A stretch of DNA of 61,784 nt from Flavobacteriales bacterium (GCA_029251005.1 JAQXEE010000022.1:1-61784), one strand, 5' to 3'; numbered from the stretch's first letter, positions 47,948-59,067 are shown. The notes: generated from the sequence alone by a model not told the origin. Program-made: numbers and translations.

Positions 47948-50900
47948 ATGCGTCGTTTCCTAACATATTTACTGATTTTATTTGAATTTACTTTAATTGG
48001 AGGTAATACAACCGTCTCATTTAATTTTAATAACTACAACATATCTGAATTGAACCCTGAAAAAATGGTGTTACACTTCAGTCAAGCGCAATATACTGAA
48101 GACTACATACCATTTCTTCAGAAAATCTTGCACGAGAATTTAACCAAAACCTACTCTATTATATCTTTAACAACAGAAAACTGCTCGTTTGAAGAGCGGG
48201 AATTATTAAAAGAACTACAAGACACAATTCCAAAAGTAACAATTACTAGTGGTATTACTAGAGGGAAATTCAATAGTCATGTAAGTGTTTTTCCGTTTTT
48301 TATACAATCGGGTAACTACAAAAAAATAACATCGATTTCTGTTCGCATTCCAATCACTGAATCTTCCAACATATCTTTTCGGGAATTCACTACAGTAACG
48401 AGTTCAGTTTTATCCTCTGGAAACTGGTACAAGTTTAAAATTCCTAAATCAGGGATTTACTCAATTTCATTTGCAGAATTAAATAATTTAGGGATTCTTC
48501 AAAACGAAATCAACCTTACAAAAATTAGTGTTTGGAGTAACAAATCTGATATGCTTCCCTTTCAAGTTGGCGAACAGGCCATGGATGATTTAGTTCAACT
48601 ACCGCTTAAATTTGAAAACATAAACGATAATTTATTTTCGGAAAATAGTAGATTTCATTTTTACGCGGAAGCTGGAGCAAAAAAGACATACAACGAATCT
48701 AATCAAGAATTTCAAAATGAAACTAACCTTTATTCTGATACAAATTTTGTTTTTCTTAATCTTAGCAGCTCAGGATCAAAAGAAATAGTTGGTACAAACT
48801 TAACTCTACCCACAACCATAAGATATGATTATATTAACTATCAACACCATGAAAATGAATGGTTGAATTTTATAAAGAGTGGAAAAAATTGGGTTGGAGA
48901 GCAATTTTTAGAAAACAACCTAACCTTTCCTTTCACGTACCATCATCCGATTTCAAAACCTGAAAAAGTAAATATACATTATTCAGTGTGCGCACGAAGT
49001 TTTAACTATGCAACAAACAAAATATCATTAATACTTAATAAGGACACTATTAAAACTTCTCAAATAAGTAAAGTAAGTAGTGTTTATTACAATGATTATG
49101 TGAAGTTTTCTAATAACAAAATAGCCTACGAATCTACTATCCAAAACGATAGTATTACACTTAACTTCCATTATCATCAATTAAATAATCAACTTGCTTG
49201 GCTAGACTACTTCAGCATTAACTCTAATGAAAGAATTGTAGCTGAAGAAAAACAATTCCAATTTAAGCTTACGGAACCGGTATTTAAAATTGAAAGTGTA
49301 AACGTTAAATGTAACCTTGACATCCAAGCAATATGGGATGTAACTTATATTGGTGAAGTTAAAGAACTTGCTATTGAGCCAAATGATACTGGTTTTGCTT
49401 TTAATTACTTTTCTGATACAATCAGAAGCTTCGTTAATTTCAATTCATCACATTCATTGACGCCTATTTTTGAAAGCATAATTCCTAATCAAAACCTACA
49501 TGCTAAAAATTCATCAAATTATTTAATTATATCAACGCCTGAGTTTGAACCTCAAGCGAGGAGGTTAATAGACTTACATAAAAGAAAAGATAACCTAACT
49601 GGACAACTTGTATTTGCAGAAGATATATATAATGAATTCTCCTCAGGGAGACCTGAAGCCACAGCAATTAGAAATTTTATAAAGCTAATTTATCAAAAAG
49701 GTTTAAATACATCTGACTCTTTAAAATATGTTTTACTTCTAGGAGATGGTAGTTACGACTCAAAAAACAGAGTATCAAGTCAGAAAAACTTTATTCCTAC
49801 ATTTCAATCAGACAACTCCACTAAATTAACTAGTTCTTATGTTACTGATGATATCTATGGTTTAATGGATACTGGTGAAGGTGAATACAAAAATGGAGAT
49901 TTATTAGATTTATCTATTGGTCGGATTCCAGTCTCATCAGGCTATGAGGCAAAAAATGTTGTTGATAAAATTTTTGAATATTACGATGAATACGATATAA
50001 GCTCAGTTAATGGGTACGAAGCAAAACTGCTAACTTCAAAAGGTTCCTGGAAGAACAATATACTATTCATGGCGGACGATGAAGACTCTAATGAACATAT
50101 GAGACAATCTAATTCTCTAACTAAACTAGTAGATACTTCTATTAAAAAACTAAATATTAAAAAGTTATTTATTGATTCCTATGAAGAAAAAAGAACGAGT
50201 AGTGGATTTACTAATTCAGACGCAAATACAGCATTAAAAGAAAAATTAGAAGACGGAGTATTATTAATCAATTACACTGGCCATGGCGGAGAGTTAGGTT
50301 GGACAGAGGAACAGGTTTTTACAATTAATGACATAAAGAAAATGACGAATAGGAATCGTCTTCCATTATTTATGACTGCTACTTGCGAATTTAGCCGATT
50401 TGACAATCCTGAGCATAAAAGTGCTGGAGAATATCTGCTAACACAAGCTCAAGGTGGGGCAATAGGCCTATTTACTACTGTTCGTCTTGTCTTTTCTATT
50501 CCTAACTTCAAACTTAACGAAACATTTTATAAAGTATTAGCATCCTCAATAAACAATTCAGAAATAAGACTTGGGGACGTCTTCAAACGAACAAAAGTAA
50601 CCAACAATGGAGGTACAAATGACAGGAACTTTACACTTTTAGGTGATCCTGCTTTGAAACTTACATTTCCTTTAAACAATAGTGTTGTGGATGACATAAT
50701 AATTAACAATCAACAATCAGACACTATAAAATCGCTCAACGAAGGTGTTATTAGAGGGCATATTTCAAATATTAACAATGATCTTGTAGAGAACTTCAAT
50801 GGTTGGGCCGAGATTTTAATTTTTGACAAAGTAAAAGCCTTAGAAACATTAGATAATAACAATTCAGGAAATCCATTTTCATTTAGTACACAAGAGGATA

Positions 50901-51751
50901 TTCTATTTAGAGGAAGAGCAGAAGTTATTGATGGATTATTTAATGCTAAATTTTATTTACCAAAGGACGTGAGGCAAGATTATGATTTTGGAAGGATTAG
51001 TATTTATGCAAATGACTCTGCGTTGGGTGACGCTTCAGGTGTATTTGACGACATAATAATTGGTGGTACCTATTCACTTGCTCAAGAAGACACTAAAGGA
51101 CCTAGTATCCAAATATTTTTGGATGACTCTACATTTGTTTTCGGAGACAATGTTACTAATACTCCAATTCTTTTTGCAGATTTAAAAGACTCTTCAGGTA
51201 TTAATTTAATTCCCACAGATATTGGTCGAGACATCACATTAATTATTGATGGGAACCCTGAATTAAACTACAATTTAAATGAATTTTATATACCATCAAA
51301 TAACACTTTTAAGGAAGGAAAAATAATTTTCCCGTTGGACAAACTAAAAGACGGTAGACATTCTATGATTCTTAAGGCTTATGACAATCAAAACAACCCA
51401 TCTGAGGCATATACTGAATTTATTATAGTTGAATCACCTGAACTTGCTTTAAACCACATTTTAAATTACCCTAACCCCTTCTCTTCAAGTACTGGGTTTT
51501 ATTTTGAACATAATCAATCCGGAAATCAACTTAAAGTTATGATTCAAATTTATTCCGTTTCAGGGAAATTGGTGAAAACGATTAATACTGATGTATCTGC
51601 TGAGAACAAAAGGGTTGGTCCTATAAAATGGAATGGAAAAGATGATTTTGGAGACAATATTGGAAGAGGTGTTTATATCTATAAAGTAAAAGTCCAACTT
51701 GAAAACGGAGAATTTGAAGAGGAACTTCAAAAGCTTGTTTTAATTAAGTAA
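47948..51751 (+). CDS. porU: T9SS sortase PorU (peptidase C25/gingipain-like)
   Basis: SVLSSGNWYK, NQNLH, IYNEFSSG, LLGDGSYD, NYTGHGGE (His), TATCEF (Cys), LLGDPA, CTD LNYPNPF. Confidence 0.93.
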   Translation: MRRFLTYLLILFEFTLIGGNTTVSFNFNNYNISELNPEKMVLHFSQAQYTEDYIPFLQKILHENLTKTYSIISLTTENCSFEERELLKELQDTIPKVTITSGITRGKFNSHVSVFPFFIQSGNYKKITSISVRIPITESSNISFREFTTVTSSVLSSGNWYKFKIPKSGIYSISFAELNNLGILQNEINLTKISVWSNKSDMLPFQVGEQAMDDLVQLPLKFENINDNLFSENSRFHFYAEAGAKKTYNESNQEFQNETNLYSDTNFVFLNLSSSGSKEIVGTNLTLPTTIRYDYINYQHHENEWLNFIKSGKNWVGEQFLENNLTFPFTYHHPISKPEKVNIHYSVCARSFNYATNKISLILNKDTIKTSQISKVSSVYYNDYVKFSNNKIAYESTIQNDSITLNFHYHQLNNQLAWLDYFSINSNERIVAEEKQFQFKLTEPVFKIESVNVKCNLDIQAIWDVTYIGEVKELAIEPNDTGFAFNYFSDTIRSFVNFNSSHSLTPIFESIIPNQNLHAKNSSNYLIISTPEFEPQARRLIDLHKRKDNLTGQLVFAEDIYNEFSSGRPEATAIRNFIKLIYQKGLNTSDSLKYVLLLGDGSYDSKNRVSSQKNFIPTFQSDNSTKLTSSYVTDDIYGLMDTGEGEYKNGDLLDLSIGRIPVSSGYEAKNVVDKIFEYYDEYDISSVNGYEAKLLTSKGSWKNNILFMADDEDSNEHMRQSNSLTKLVDTSIKKLNIKKLFIDSYEEKRTSSGFTNSDANTALKEKLEDGVLLINYTGHGGELGWTEEQVFTINDIKKMTNRNRLPLFMTATCEFSRFDNPEHKSAGEYLLTQAQGGAIGLFTTVRLVFSIPNFKLNETFYKVLASSINNSEIRLGDVFKRTKVTNNGGTNDRNFTLLGDPALKLTFPLNNSVVDDIIINNQQSDTIKSLNEGVIRGHISNINNDLVENFNGWAEILIFDKVKALETLDNNNSGNPFSFSTQEDILFRGRAEVIDGLFNAKFYLPKDVRQDYDFGRISIYANDSALGDASGVFDDIIIGGTYSLAQEDTKGPSIQIFLDDSTFVFGDNVTNTPILFADLKDSSGINLIPTDIGRDITLIIDGNPELNYNLNEFYIPSNNTFKEGKIIFPLDKLKDGRHSMILKAYDNQNNPSEAYTEFIIVESPELALNHILNYPNPFSSSTGFYFEHNQSGNQLKVMIQIYSVSGKLVKTINTDVSAENKRVGPIKWNGKDDFGDNIGRGVYIYKVKVQLENGEFEEELQKLVLIK

Positions 51752-52690
51752 TTAGTACTGAATTAAAACACCATTTAATTTCTTGTTGTAAAGTCTTAGT
51801 GCAGGAAAAGGCATCTTAACAAATGACAAACCTCTAATTACGGTATTCAAAAAATACGACTTTGTTCTTATTGAACTCCAATTAATGTCTAACGATAAGA
51901 AAAACTCGGACTTCCTATCAAAATAAGGTAAGAAATCTCCTTCTTCATTTTCTCTTGGATTAAACTTTCCACCAAGCATACCATCTGCACCATATCCCAA
52001 AGAAACACTTAACCATTTTGGAAAAAGAAAGCTCTCTAAACCTAATGCGCTAGGATTAATTGAAAACCAATAAGTTTGTCCATTATAATCTTTCAACCAT
52101 CTATTCCAGTGTGTTGATCCTAGTATATCAGGCCTATACTTAGCGAAATTTGTAGGCCAGTACGAGAATTTGGGAACTATAGCCTGTTTGCCCAACAAAA
52201 ACTCTTGCCCCATAAAGAGCAGACTCCCTAATCCATTTGCAACTAAATCCGACGGAGAAGCACCCCAACCAGAGGAATAGCCGTCCATAATTTCAGTCGT
52301 AAGCAAAAAAGAAAATCCATAAACTCCCCCTAGTAATAAAGCCTTATTCTTTCGAATACCTGTCCAACGTAAAGCCGTATAACCATACAAACCCCCATAA
52401 TATGAAGTCAATCCATGTCCCAACTTATCCATATAAAGCCAATCACCTTCATCATTAAACCAATGAAAAGGAACAGGTTTATCCTTGGAATACCATTGTT
52501 GACTTAACAAGTAAATTGTTAGGCTACTGCCTGAAAAGGCAACAGATGACATTCCCCACACCCTGTTTTTTTTTAACGAATCTGAAGGCTCAAACAATTT
52601 ACTCGCCTGTAACGGGAGACAAAAACAAAAAAGTCCGATTATTAAAAAAATCGGACTCTTAAATGTTTTATTTATAAAAATATTATTCAA
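51752..52690 (-). CDS. DUF2279 (YfiM-like) protein
   Basis: FHWFND..W..MDKLGH, EIMDGYS.GWGAS.SDLVANG, LKDYNGQTYW; start uncertain (TTG 52690). Confidence 0.85.
   Translation of the reverse strand: MNNIFINKTFKSPIFLIIGLFCFCLPLQASKLFEPSDSLKKNRVWGMSSVAFSGSSLTIYLLSQQWYSKDKPVPFHWFNDEGDWLYMDKLGHGLTSYYGGLYGYTALRWTGIRKNKALLLGGVYGFSFLLTTEIMDGYSSGWGASPSDLVANGLGSLLFMGQEFLLGKQAIVPKFSYWPTNFAKYRPDILGSTHWNRWLKDYNGQTYWFSINPSALGLESFLFPKWLSVSLGYGADGMLGGKFNPRENEEGDFLPYFDRKSEFFLSLDINWSSIRTKSYFLNTVIRGLSFVKMPFPALRLYNKKLNGVLIQY
52621..52657 (-). terminator. Intrinsic terminator after the phosphohexomutase gene
   Basis: AGTCCGATT/AATCGGACT stem (52632-52657) followed on the minus strand by TTTTTGTTTTT. Confidence 0.65.
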
Positions 52691-54094
52691 TTAATTTAAC
52701 AATTGCTTATGAGTCGCTTTAAGTATTTTAACAGCTTCATCACTAGAAAAAGACTCACAATACGTTCTTAAAACAGGCTCAGTTCCAGATGGCCTAATCA
52801 TCAACCATTCATCGTCATTAAAAAAGAATTTAAATCCATCAGTTTCATCAACACGAACAATAGCTTTTCCTGCCAATTCTGAAATTGTACCAGAAGCACA
52901 ATCTTTTAGCACCTCTTGTTTTTGCGCCTCTGTTAGATGTAAATCAATTCTTTCAAAAGCAAATGGACCTACAATATCATAAACCTCAGCGATTAAGTCT
53001 TCTAAAGTCTTACCGCTTTTCACCATATACTCCCAAATTGTTAATCCAATCCAAACTCCGTCTCTTTCAGGAATATGACCTTGAATTGCCATCCCTCCAG
53101 ACTCCTCTCCTCCTAGTAAGAAGTTACCTTCTAACAAAAATTCACAAACATATTTAAATCCAATCTTAGTTGTAATTTGATTCAAATCATAATGTTTACA
53201 AAGCTTACTCACTTTTTCTGAACAACTAAAGGCAGTAATTACGTCACCTGAATAGTTTTTCTCTTCTTTTAAATATTTAATTAGTAGAAGAATAATATGA
53301 TGCGCATCTACAAAATTTCCTTTTGAATCAAATAAACCAATTCTATCCGCATCTCCATCTGTAGCTACAGAGCAATCTATATTCTCACTCAACTTAATAA
53401 CTTCGGCCATTTCGCCAAGGTTTCTTAAAATTGGCTCTGGAGCAACTCCTTCAAAACCTGGATTATCGTCGGTATGCATGAATGTTATATCAGGCAATAG
53501 CTTTCTCATTACATCTCTCCCTGCTCCGTACATTGCATCATATGCAAAGTTCATATTTGAATTACGAATAGCCTCCAAATCAAAAGCAGATTCAGCATGC
53601 TTTATATACATATCTTCCAAATCAAGGTATTCTACTAAGCCACTTTCTAAATATTGTTCGAAAGATGAATTGATATCAAACCCCGAAACATCTGGAATTA
53701 TATTTTCTATTTCTTCTACATCACTTGTCAACATTGGACCACCATAACTACCTTTCAGCTTATATCCGTTATATTCTGGTGGATTATGAGAGGCTGTGAT
53801 AACAACTCCTACCGAGGCCTTCTTGTTAACTACTCCCAATGAAACCATTGGAGTTGACGCAAATGCAGGAGAAAAATAAACCTTAACTCCTTTTGAAGCA
53901 AGAACTTTCGCAGTAGTTTCGGCAAACATCTTACCTCCAAATCTACAATCAAAACCAAGAACAACACTTGGATTTTCAAATTTTGCTTTTGTCCACTCAG
54001 CTGTAGCTAGAGCAACACGTGCAACATTCTCAACAGTATATTCTTTAGCAATAATTGCTCTCCATCCATCTGTTCCAAATTTGATTTTTGTCAT
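52691..54094 (-). CDS. Phosphoglucomutase/phosphomannomutase family protein
   Basis: FGTDGWR, TASHNP (phospho-Ser), DGDADR, GGEESGG, RPSGTEP. Confidence 0.95.
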   Translation of the reverse strand: MTKIKFGTDGWRAIIAKEYTVENVARVALATAEWTKAKFENPSVVLGFDCRFGGKMFAETTAKVLASKGVKVYFSPAFASTPMVSLGVVNKKASVGVVITASHNPPEYNGYKLKGSYGGPMLTSDVEEIENIIPDVSGFDINSSFEQYLESGLVEYLDLEDMYIKHAESAFDLEAIRNSNMNFAYDAMYGAGRDVMRKLLPDITFMHTDDNPGFEGVAPEPILRNLGEMAEVIKLSENIDCSVATDGDADRIGLFDSKGNFVDAHHIILLLIKYLKEEKNYSGDVITAFSCSEKVSKLCKHYDLNQITTKIGFKYVCEFLLEGNFLLGGEESGGMAIQGHIPERDGVWIGLTIWEYMVKSGKTLEDLIAEVYDIVGPFAFERIDLHLTEAQKQEVLKDCASGTISELAGKAIVRVDETDGFKFFFNDDEWLMIRPSGTEPVLRTYCESFSSDEAVKILKATHKQLLN

Positions 54095-54634
54095 CGTTAA
54101 TTTTTTTACGAAATTAAGAGTTTTAACTAGATAATAGAAATAAAATATTCAATTGAATGGATAAATTTCGTTAACGATTTCCTGCAACACTGCCCACTCT
54201 AGTTTTCTCACCTACTATTGCATTATAATTCACCCCCATCTTACTGAACCTCAGTTGAAAACTTCATTTAATTCAAATCTAAAAATTCTCTTAAAATAGG
54301 GCACTTCCGAAATTTATTGTCCACATCGATTTTAAAAAAAAACAAATAAAGTATCAATATCTATCCATATAATCATCCAAATATTGGGTAAACAAATTAA
54401 ATAATTAAAGGTGTGACGGAAAACATCCCTGAACCACAACCCAAGATATAGTTGTATTAACGAAACCAGTATATCTCAAATCAGTATTTATTAACTTAAT
54501 AACAAACAGCTTGAACACGAAGAATAATGATATAAAAAAGCTAAAATCGAAGGGAAATATAAGCTTTTCAACAAAGCAAATAGAACTGGATGATAATCAA
54601 GAATATAATATTTACAACTAAATCAATTGTTGCT

Positions 54635-55255
54635 TCAAATCACTCCTTTTAAGTCTCCTAAACCTTCTCTAATAACAACTGGATCACCTGAAGTACAATC
54701 AACAACAGTGGAAGGCGCGTTATTTCCGTAACCTCCAGCTAAAACTAACTCTACAATCCCTTCATAGCGCTCATAAATACTTACGGGGTCAGTAGTATAT
54801 TCAATAACTTCATCTTCATCCTTCAAAGAAGCACTCATGATAGGATTCCCTAATTGCTCAACTAAAGACTGAGCAATAGCATTATCAGGAACTCTAATAC
54901 CTACAGATTTCTTTTTCGATTTGAATAATTTAGGCACCAATGCACTTGCATTTAAAATAAATGTAAACGGTCCAGGCAAAACGCTTTTCATAACCCTAAA
55001 CGTAGGTGTACTAACCTGTTTTGCATATTCTGACAATTGAGAAAGATCATTACAAATGAAAGAAAAATTGGCTTTATCAGGCTTAATCCCTCTTAATTGA
55101 CAAATTTTCTCAACTGCATTTTTAGAGTTGATGTCACATCCAAAAGCATAAACAGTATCCGTAGGGTAAATAATTACGCCTCCTTTCTTTAAAACTTCAA
55201 TTGCCTTCGCAATATTTCTTGGGTTGGGGTTATCTGGGTGAACGTCTAAAAGCAT
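54635..55255 (-). CDS. Sua5/YciO/YrdC family protein (YciO-like)
   Basis: GGVIIYPTDTVYAFGC, LPGPFTFIL, VGIRVPDN, PSTVVD; start placed at ATG 55255 because ATG 55279 lies in the upstream terminator. Confidence 0.9.
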   Translation of the reverse strand: MLLDVHPDNPNPRNIAKAIEVLKKGGVIIYPTDTVYAFGCDINSKNAVEKICQLRGIKPDKANFSFICNDLSQLSEYAKQVSTPTFRVMKSVLPGPFTFILNASALVPKLFKSKKKSVGIRVPDNAIAQSLVEQLGNPIMSASLKDEDEVIEYTTDPVSIYERYEGIVELVLAGGYGNNAPSTVVDCTSGDPVVIREGLGDLKGVI

Positions 55256-55260
55256 GGTGT

Positions 55261-55297
55261 AAAAAGAAAAAAAGCCCATGAATCAAAAAGTTCATGG
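55261..55297 (-). terminator. Intrinsic terminator after transaldolase
   Basis: CCATGAA...TTCATGG stem followed by a long U-rich tract on the minus strand. Confidence 0.6.
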
Positions 55298-55317
55298 ACC
55301 AATTAAAATAATATTTT

Positions 55318-55974
55318 TTAAGCGTTAACCTTAGCATGATCTGCTAGGAATGTTGCTAAACCACTCTCCGTCAACGGGTGTTTTAACAAGCTTAAAATCA
55401 CACTTAAAGGACCAGTCATAACGTCTGCTCCAATTTTTGCACAATCTAATAAATGAGATGAATGACGGACAGACGCTGCTAAAATTTCAGTTTTAAAGTT
55501 GTAATTATCATAAATTAGTCTGATCTCATCAATCAAACCTACTCCACTATGTGAAATATCATCTAATCTTCCTAAGAAAGGAGAAACGTATGAAGCGCCA
55601 GCTTTTGCTGCTAAAAGTGCTTGACCAGCTGAAAAAACTAAAGTACAGTTTGTTCTAATTCCATTATCAGTAAACCACTTAATCGCCTTAATTCCATCTT
55701 TAATCATAGGAACTTTAACAACGATATTAGGATGTAGATCAGCTAGTATTTTTCCTTCTTTTATCATTTCTTCGAAATTCGTAGAAATAACTTCAGCACT
55801 AACATCACCATCAACGATATTACAAATATCTAAATAATGTTGTTTTACTTTTTCATCACCGCTAATACCTTCTTTGGCCATTAATGATGGATTCGTAGTT
55901 ACTCCGTCTAAAACTCCTAAATCTTCCGCTTCTTTAATTTGCTCAAGATTTGCTGTATCGATAAAAAACTTCAT
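55318..55974 (-). CDS. fsa: Transaldolase, FSA/TalC type
   Basis: [20 protein letters not shown] (Schiff-base Lys), [19 protein letters not shown]. Confidence 0.94.
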   Translation of the reverse strand: MKFFIDTANLEQIKEAEDLGVLDGVTTNPSLMAKEGISGDEKVKQHYLDICNIVDGDVSAEVISTNFEEMIKEGKILADLHPNIVVKVPMIKDGIKAIKWFTDNGIRTNCTLVFSAGQALLAAKAGASYVSPFLGRLDDISHSGVGLIDEIRLIYDNYNFKTEILAASVRHSSHLLDCAKIGADVMTGPLSVILSLLKHPLTESGLATFLADHAKVNA

Positions 55975-56135
55975 AGTGGGTTGAATTGTGTTTCACCAAA
56001 AATAGCCATCTCAGTTGATTTATTTCATACTATTAGTAAGCACTTATGAACATTTTCAACTTGAAGTATAAACAAGATCTACTCACCCGAAACAAGTTAA
56101 AGATTTCATTCGTAATGAATAAAAACCAAACCTTT

Positions 56136-58109
56136 ATGGCGTCACCTAAAATCCTTTGGAGCCCTTCTAACAAACTAAAGAATGAATCCAACATGAATAA
56201 TTTTATGGTTTGGGTAAACGAATCTTTTGATTACAACTTTAAAAACTATCAAGATTTATGGAATTGGTCTGTAAATAAAGAAGAACAATTTTGGGAATCA
56301 ATTCTAAAATTTTACAAAATTGAATATTCAGGAAGTTATAATAAAGTAAAATCTCAAGCTAATAAAATGTTTGAGACTAGATGGTTTGAAGGAATACAGT
56401 TAAACTACACTGAACATATTTTCAGAAACTATTCCGATAAATTACAAGCGATTACTTTTAAAAAAGAAAGTGGTAAATTAATTAATATATCTTGGAATGA
56501 ACTAAAACAAAAAACAGCCAAGGTAGCTCAATACCTTAAAAACAATAACATTAAAAAAGGCGATAGAGTTTGCAGCATGCTCCCTAACTGTCCTGAGGCC
56601 ATTTTTTCTTTTTTAGCAGTTAATTCAATAGGTGCTATTTGGTCGAGTTGCTCACCCGACTTTGGAACTAAGAGTATAATTGATCGTTTTCAACAAATTA
56701 AACCTAAAGCTTTTATCGCTACAAACGGCTATCAATATAACGGACGAACTTTTGATAAAACCGAAGAAATAAATAAAATTACAGAAACAATTTCATCAAT
56801 AAAATCTACTCTTGTTTTAGAATACATTTCCGAAATTGAACCTTCATATAAAACTGATCTCTGGTCAGATATAATGAAGCAACCAGAACAAGAATTAACA
56901 TTTACAAGAGTTGATTTTTCTGACCCTATTTGGATTCTATACTCAAGCGGAACAACGGGGAAACCAAAAGCTATAACCCATTCTGTCGGTGGAATTACCA
57001 TAGAGCACTTTAAAGCATTAAGTCTTCATCAAAACGTTAAGCCAGGAGATAAATTCTTTTGGTATTCGACTACAGGCTGGATGATGTGGAACTATGCAAC
57101 TTCCGCTTTATTGGCAGGAGGAACAATCGCGATGTACGACGGGTCACCAGCATATCCTAAAGCTGATATTTTATGGGAATTTGCAGAAGAAGCTGAAATC
57201 ACACATTTTGGAGCCGGAGCTAGCTACTATATTTATTGCATGAAAGAAGGAATGAACTTTACTAATTCGAAGGCAATACAAAACATACAATCGTTTGGTT
57301 CAACAGGCTCACCTCTACCGCCCGAAACTTTCGATTGGTTTTATAAAAGTGTAAACAGAAACGCTTGGGTTATTTCATTAAGTGGAGGCACCGACATTTG
57401 CAGTGGTTTTGTGGGAGGAAATCCATTTGAATCGGTTTATGAAGGTGAAATACAGTGCAGAATGCTTGGTGTAAACCTTCAGGCTTATTCTGAAGAAGGT
57501 AGTTCTGTAGAGGACAAATTAGGAGAGATGATAATTGAAAACGCTCTGCCGTCTATGCCGATTTATTTCTGGAACGACCATGGGAACAAACGATATAAAT
57601 CGAGCTATTTCGAAATGTACCATGGTAAATGGAGACATGGAGATTGGATTAAAATTACCAATAGAAAAACGGTTATTATTTACGGCAGATCTGACGCAAC
57701 CCTAAACCGTGGTGGTGTACGTATTGGCACAAGCGAAATTTATAGCGCTACAGAAAGTGTTAAGGAAGTTAAGGATTCTTTAGTTGTTTGCATAGATCAT
57801 TCTGACGGAACGCAATCCATGCCGATGTTCATTAAACTGCATGATGAGATTCAACTAGACATGAAACTAAAAAGAGAAATAAAAAAAGCAATTAAAATTC
57901 AATTTTCACCAAGGCATATACCTGATCAAATTATTCAAGTATTAGATATTCCTTATACAATAAGCGGCAAAAAGATGGAAGCTCCTGTTAAGAAAATCCT
58001 TTCAGGAATTCCAATTGAAGAAGCAGTAAGTAAAGATGCTATGAGAAACCCTGGGGCATTAGATTTCTTTATTAATTTTCATTTAAAACAAGCACTAAAA
58101 AAGGGCTGA
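56136..58109 (+). CDS. Acetoacetate--CoA ligase
   Basis: WSSCSPDFG, YSSGTTGKPKAITH, TTGWMMWN, SGGTDICSGF, GRSDATLNRGGVRIGT; start could also be 56115 or 56046. Confidence 0.93.
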   Translation: MASPKILWSPSNKLKNESNMNNFMVWVNESFDYNFKNYQDLWNWSVNKEEQFWESILKFYKIEYSGSYNKVKSQANKMFETRWFEGIQLNYTEHIFRNYSDKLQAITFKKESGKLINISWNELKQKTAKVAQYLKNNNIKKGDRVCSMLPNCPEAIFSFLAVNSIGAIWSSCSPDFGTKSIIDRFQQIKPKAFIATNGYQYNGRTFDKTEEINKITETISSIKSTLVLEYISEIEPSYKTDLWSDIMKQPEQELTFTRVDFSDPIWILYSSGTTGKPKAITHSVGGITIEHFKALSLHQNVKPGDKFFWYSTTGWMMWNYATSALLAGGTIAMYDGSPAYPKADILWEFAEEAEITHFGAGASYYIYCMKEGMNFTNSKAIQNIQSFGSTGSPLPPETFDWFYKSVNRNAWVISLSGGTDICSGFVGGNPFESVYEGEIQCRMLGVNLQAYSEEGSSVEDKLGEMIIENALPSMPIYFWNDHGNKRYKSSYFEMYHGKWRHGDWIKITNRKTVIIYGRSDATLNRGGVRIGTSEIYSATESVKEVKDSLVVCIDHSDGTQSMPMFIKLHDEIQLDMKLKREIKKAIKIQFSPRHIPDQIIQVLDIPYTISGKKMEAPVKKILSGIPIEEAVSKDAMRNPGALDFFINFHLKQALKKG

Positions 58110-58123
58110 CAAACGCCAACCCT
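58097..58123 (-). terminator. Intrinsic terminator after the ROK gene
   Basis: Minus strand AGGGTTGGC-gttt-GTCAGCCCT plus U tract, overlapping the convergent gene's stop. Confidence 0.65.
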
Positions 58124-58146
58124 TCTTAATCTTTTAAAATACACTT

Positions 58147-59067
58147 TTAATATGTTTCTAATTCGTTTAATACTAAGGAAGCCGCTCCTATTAGTCCGGT
58201 ATCAGCTTCACATCCTGCAGGTAATATTTCAAAATCAGCTTTATAATAAGGTGAGAAGTATGAATTTGCAGTTTCAACGGCAGCTCCTTTAAATAGCTCA
58301 TAAGCTTTACCTACTCCTCCACCAATTACAAATTTAGTGATATCATAAGCATGTGCTAATCCAACAACAGTTTCTCCAATTAAAGTCCCTACATAATCCC
58401 ATACACCTTGTGCAAATATATCTCCTGCCTTTGCAGCTAAGAATACTTTTTCAACGGTTAACTCTGCTTCAAGCTTTAATGAACTGCTTGCATTTTCAGG
58501 CTTTAATAATTCGCCTTTAACATAGTTAGCCAAATGTCTTTGCCCTAAATAATTTTCCAACACCTGACGCTTCGGACCTACAACCAAGAAACCAACTTCT
58601 CCTGCATTCCCTTTTGATCCAATAAATAACTTTCGGTGAACAATAACACCACCTCCAACGCCTGTACCTAAAGCAATCATAATAAAGTCATCTTTATCAT
58701 GTCCACCAAAATACATTTCACCTAAAGCAGTACAATTAGCATCATTCTCCATTCTAACAACTAAATAAGGAAATGCCTTTTTTAATTGGGGAACAACATC
58801 TGTTCCATTTAGTGATTCTAGATTATTTGCTTGAACTAAAGTTTGGCGATCTAAAGATAATTGACCAGGTATCCCAATCCCGATACCTTTTAGTCCATCA
58901 TGCTTATTTGTATATTTAGTACAAACTGAAATTAACAATTTAATAAAATCTTCTGGTGATTTTGAATACTCCAACGTATCGTGTCGTTCTGTCTCCAAAA
59001 TCTCTCCTTTGTCTGATACTATTCCAAATTTAACGGTAGTACCGCCAATATCAATTCCTAAAATCAT
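58147..59067 (-). CDS. ROK-family sugar kinase (glucokinase-like)
   Basis: GIDIGGT, GIGIPG, ENDAN, LGTGVGGG, AGEVG; lacks the CxCGxxGC zinc motif. Confidence 0.9.
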   Translation of the reverse strand: MILGIDIGGTTVKFGIVSDKGEILETERHDTLEYSKSPEDFIKLLISVCTKYTNKHDGLKGIGIGIPGQLSLDRQTLVQANNLESLNGTDVVPQLKKAFPYLVVRMENDANCTALGEMYFGGHDKDDFIMIALGTGVGGGVIVHRKLFIGSKGNAGEVGFLVVGPKRQVLENYLGQRHLANYVKGELLKPENASSSLKLEAELTVEKVFLAAKAGDIFAQGVWDYVGTLIGETVVGLAHAYDITKFVIGGGVGKAYELFKGAAVETANSYFSPYYKADFEILPAGCEADTGLIGAASLVLNELETY

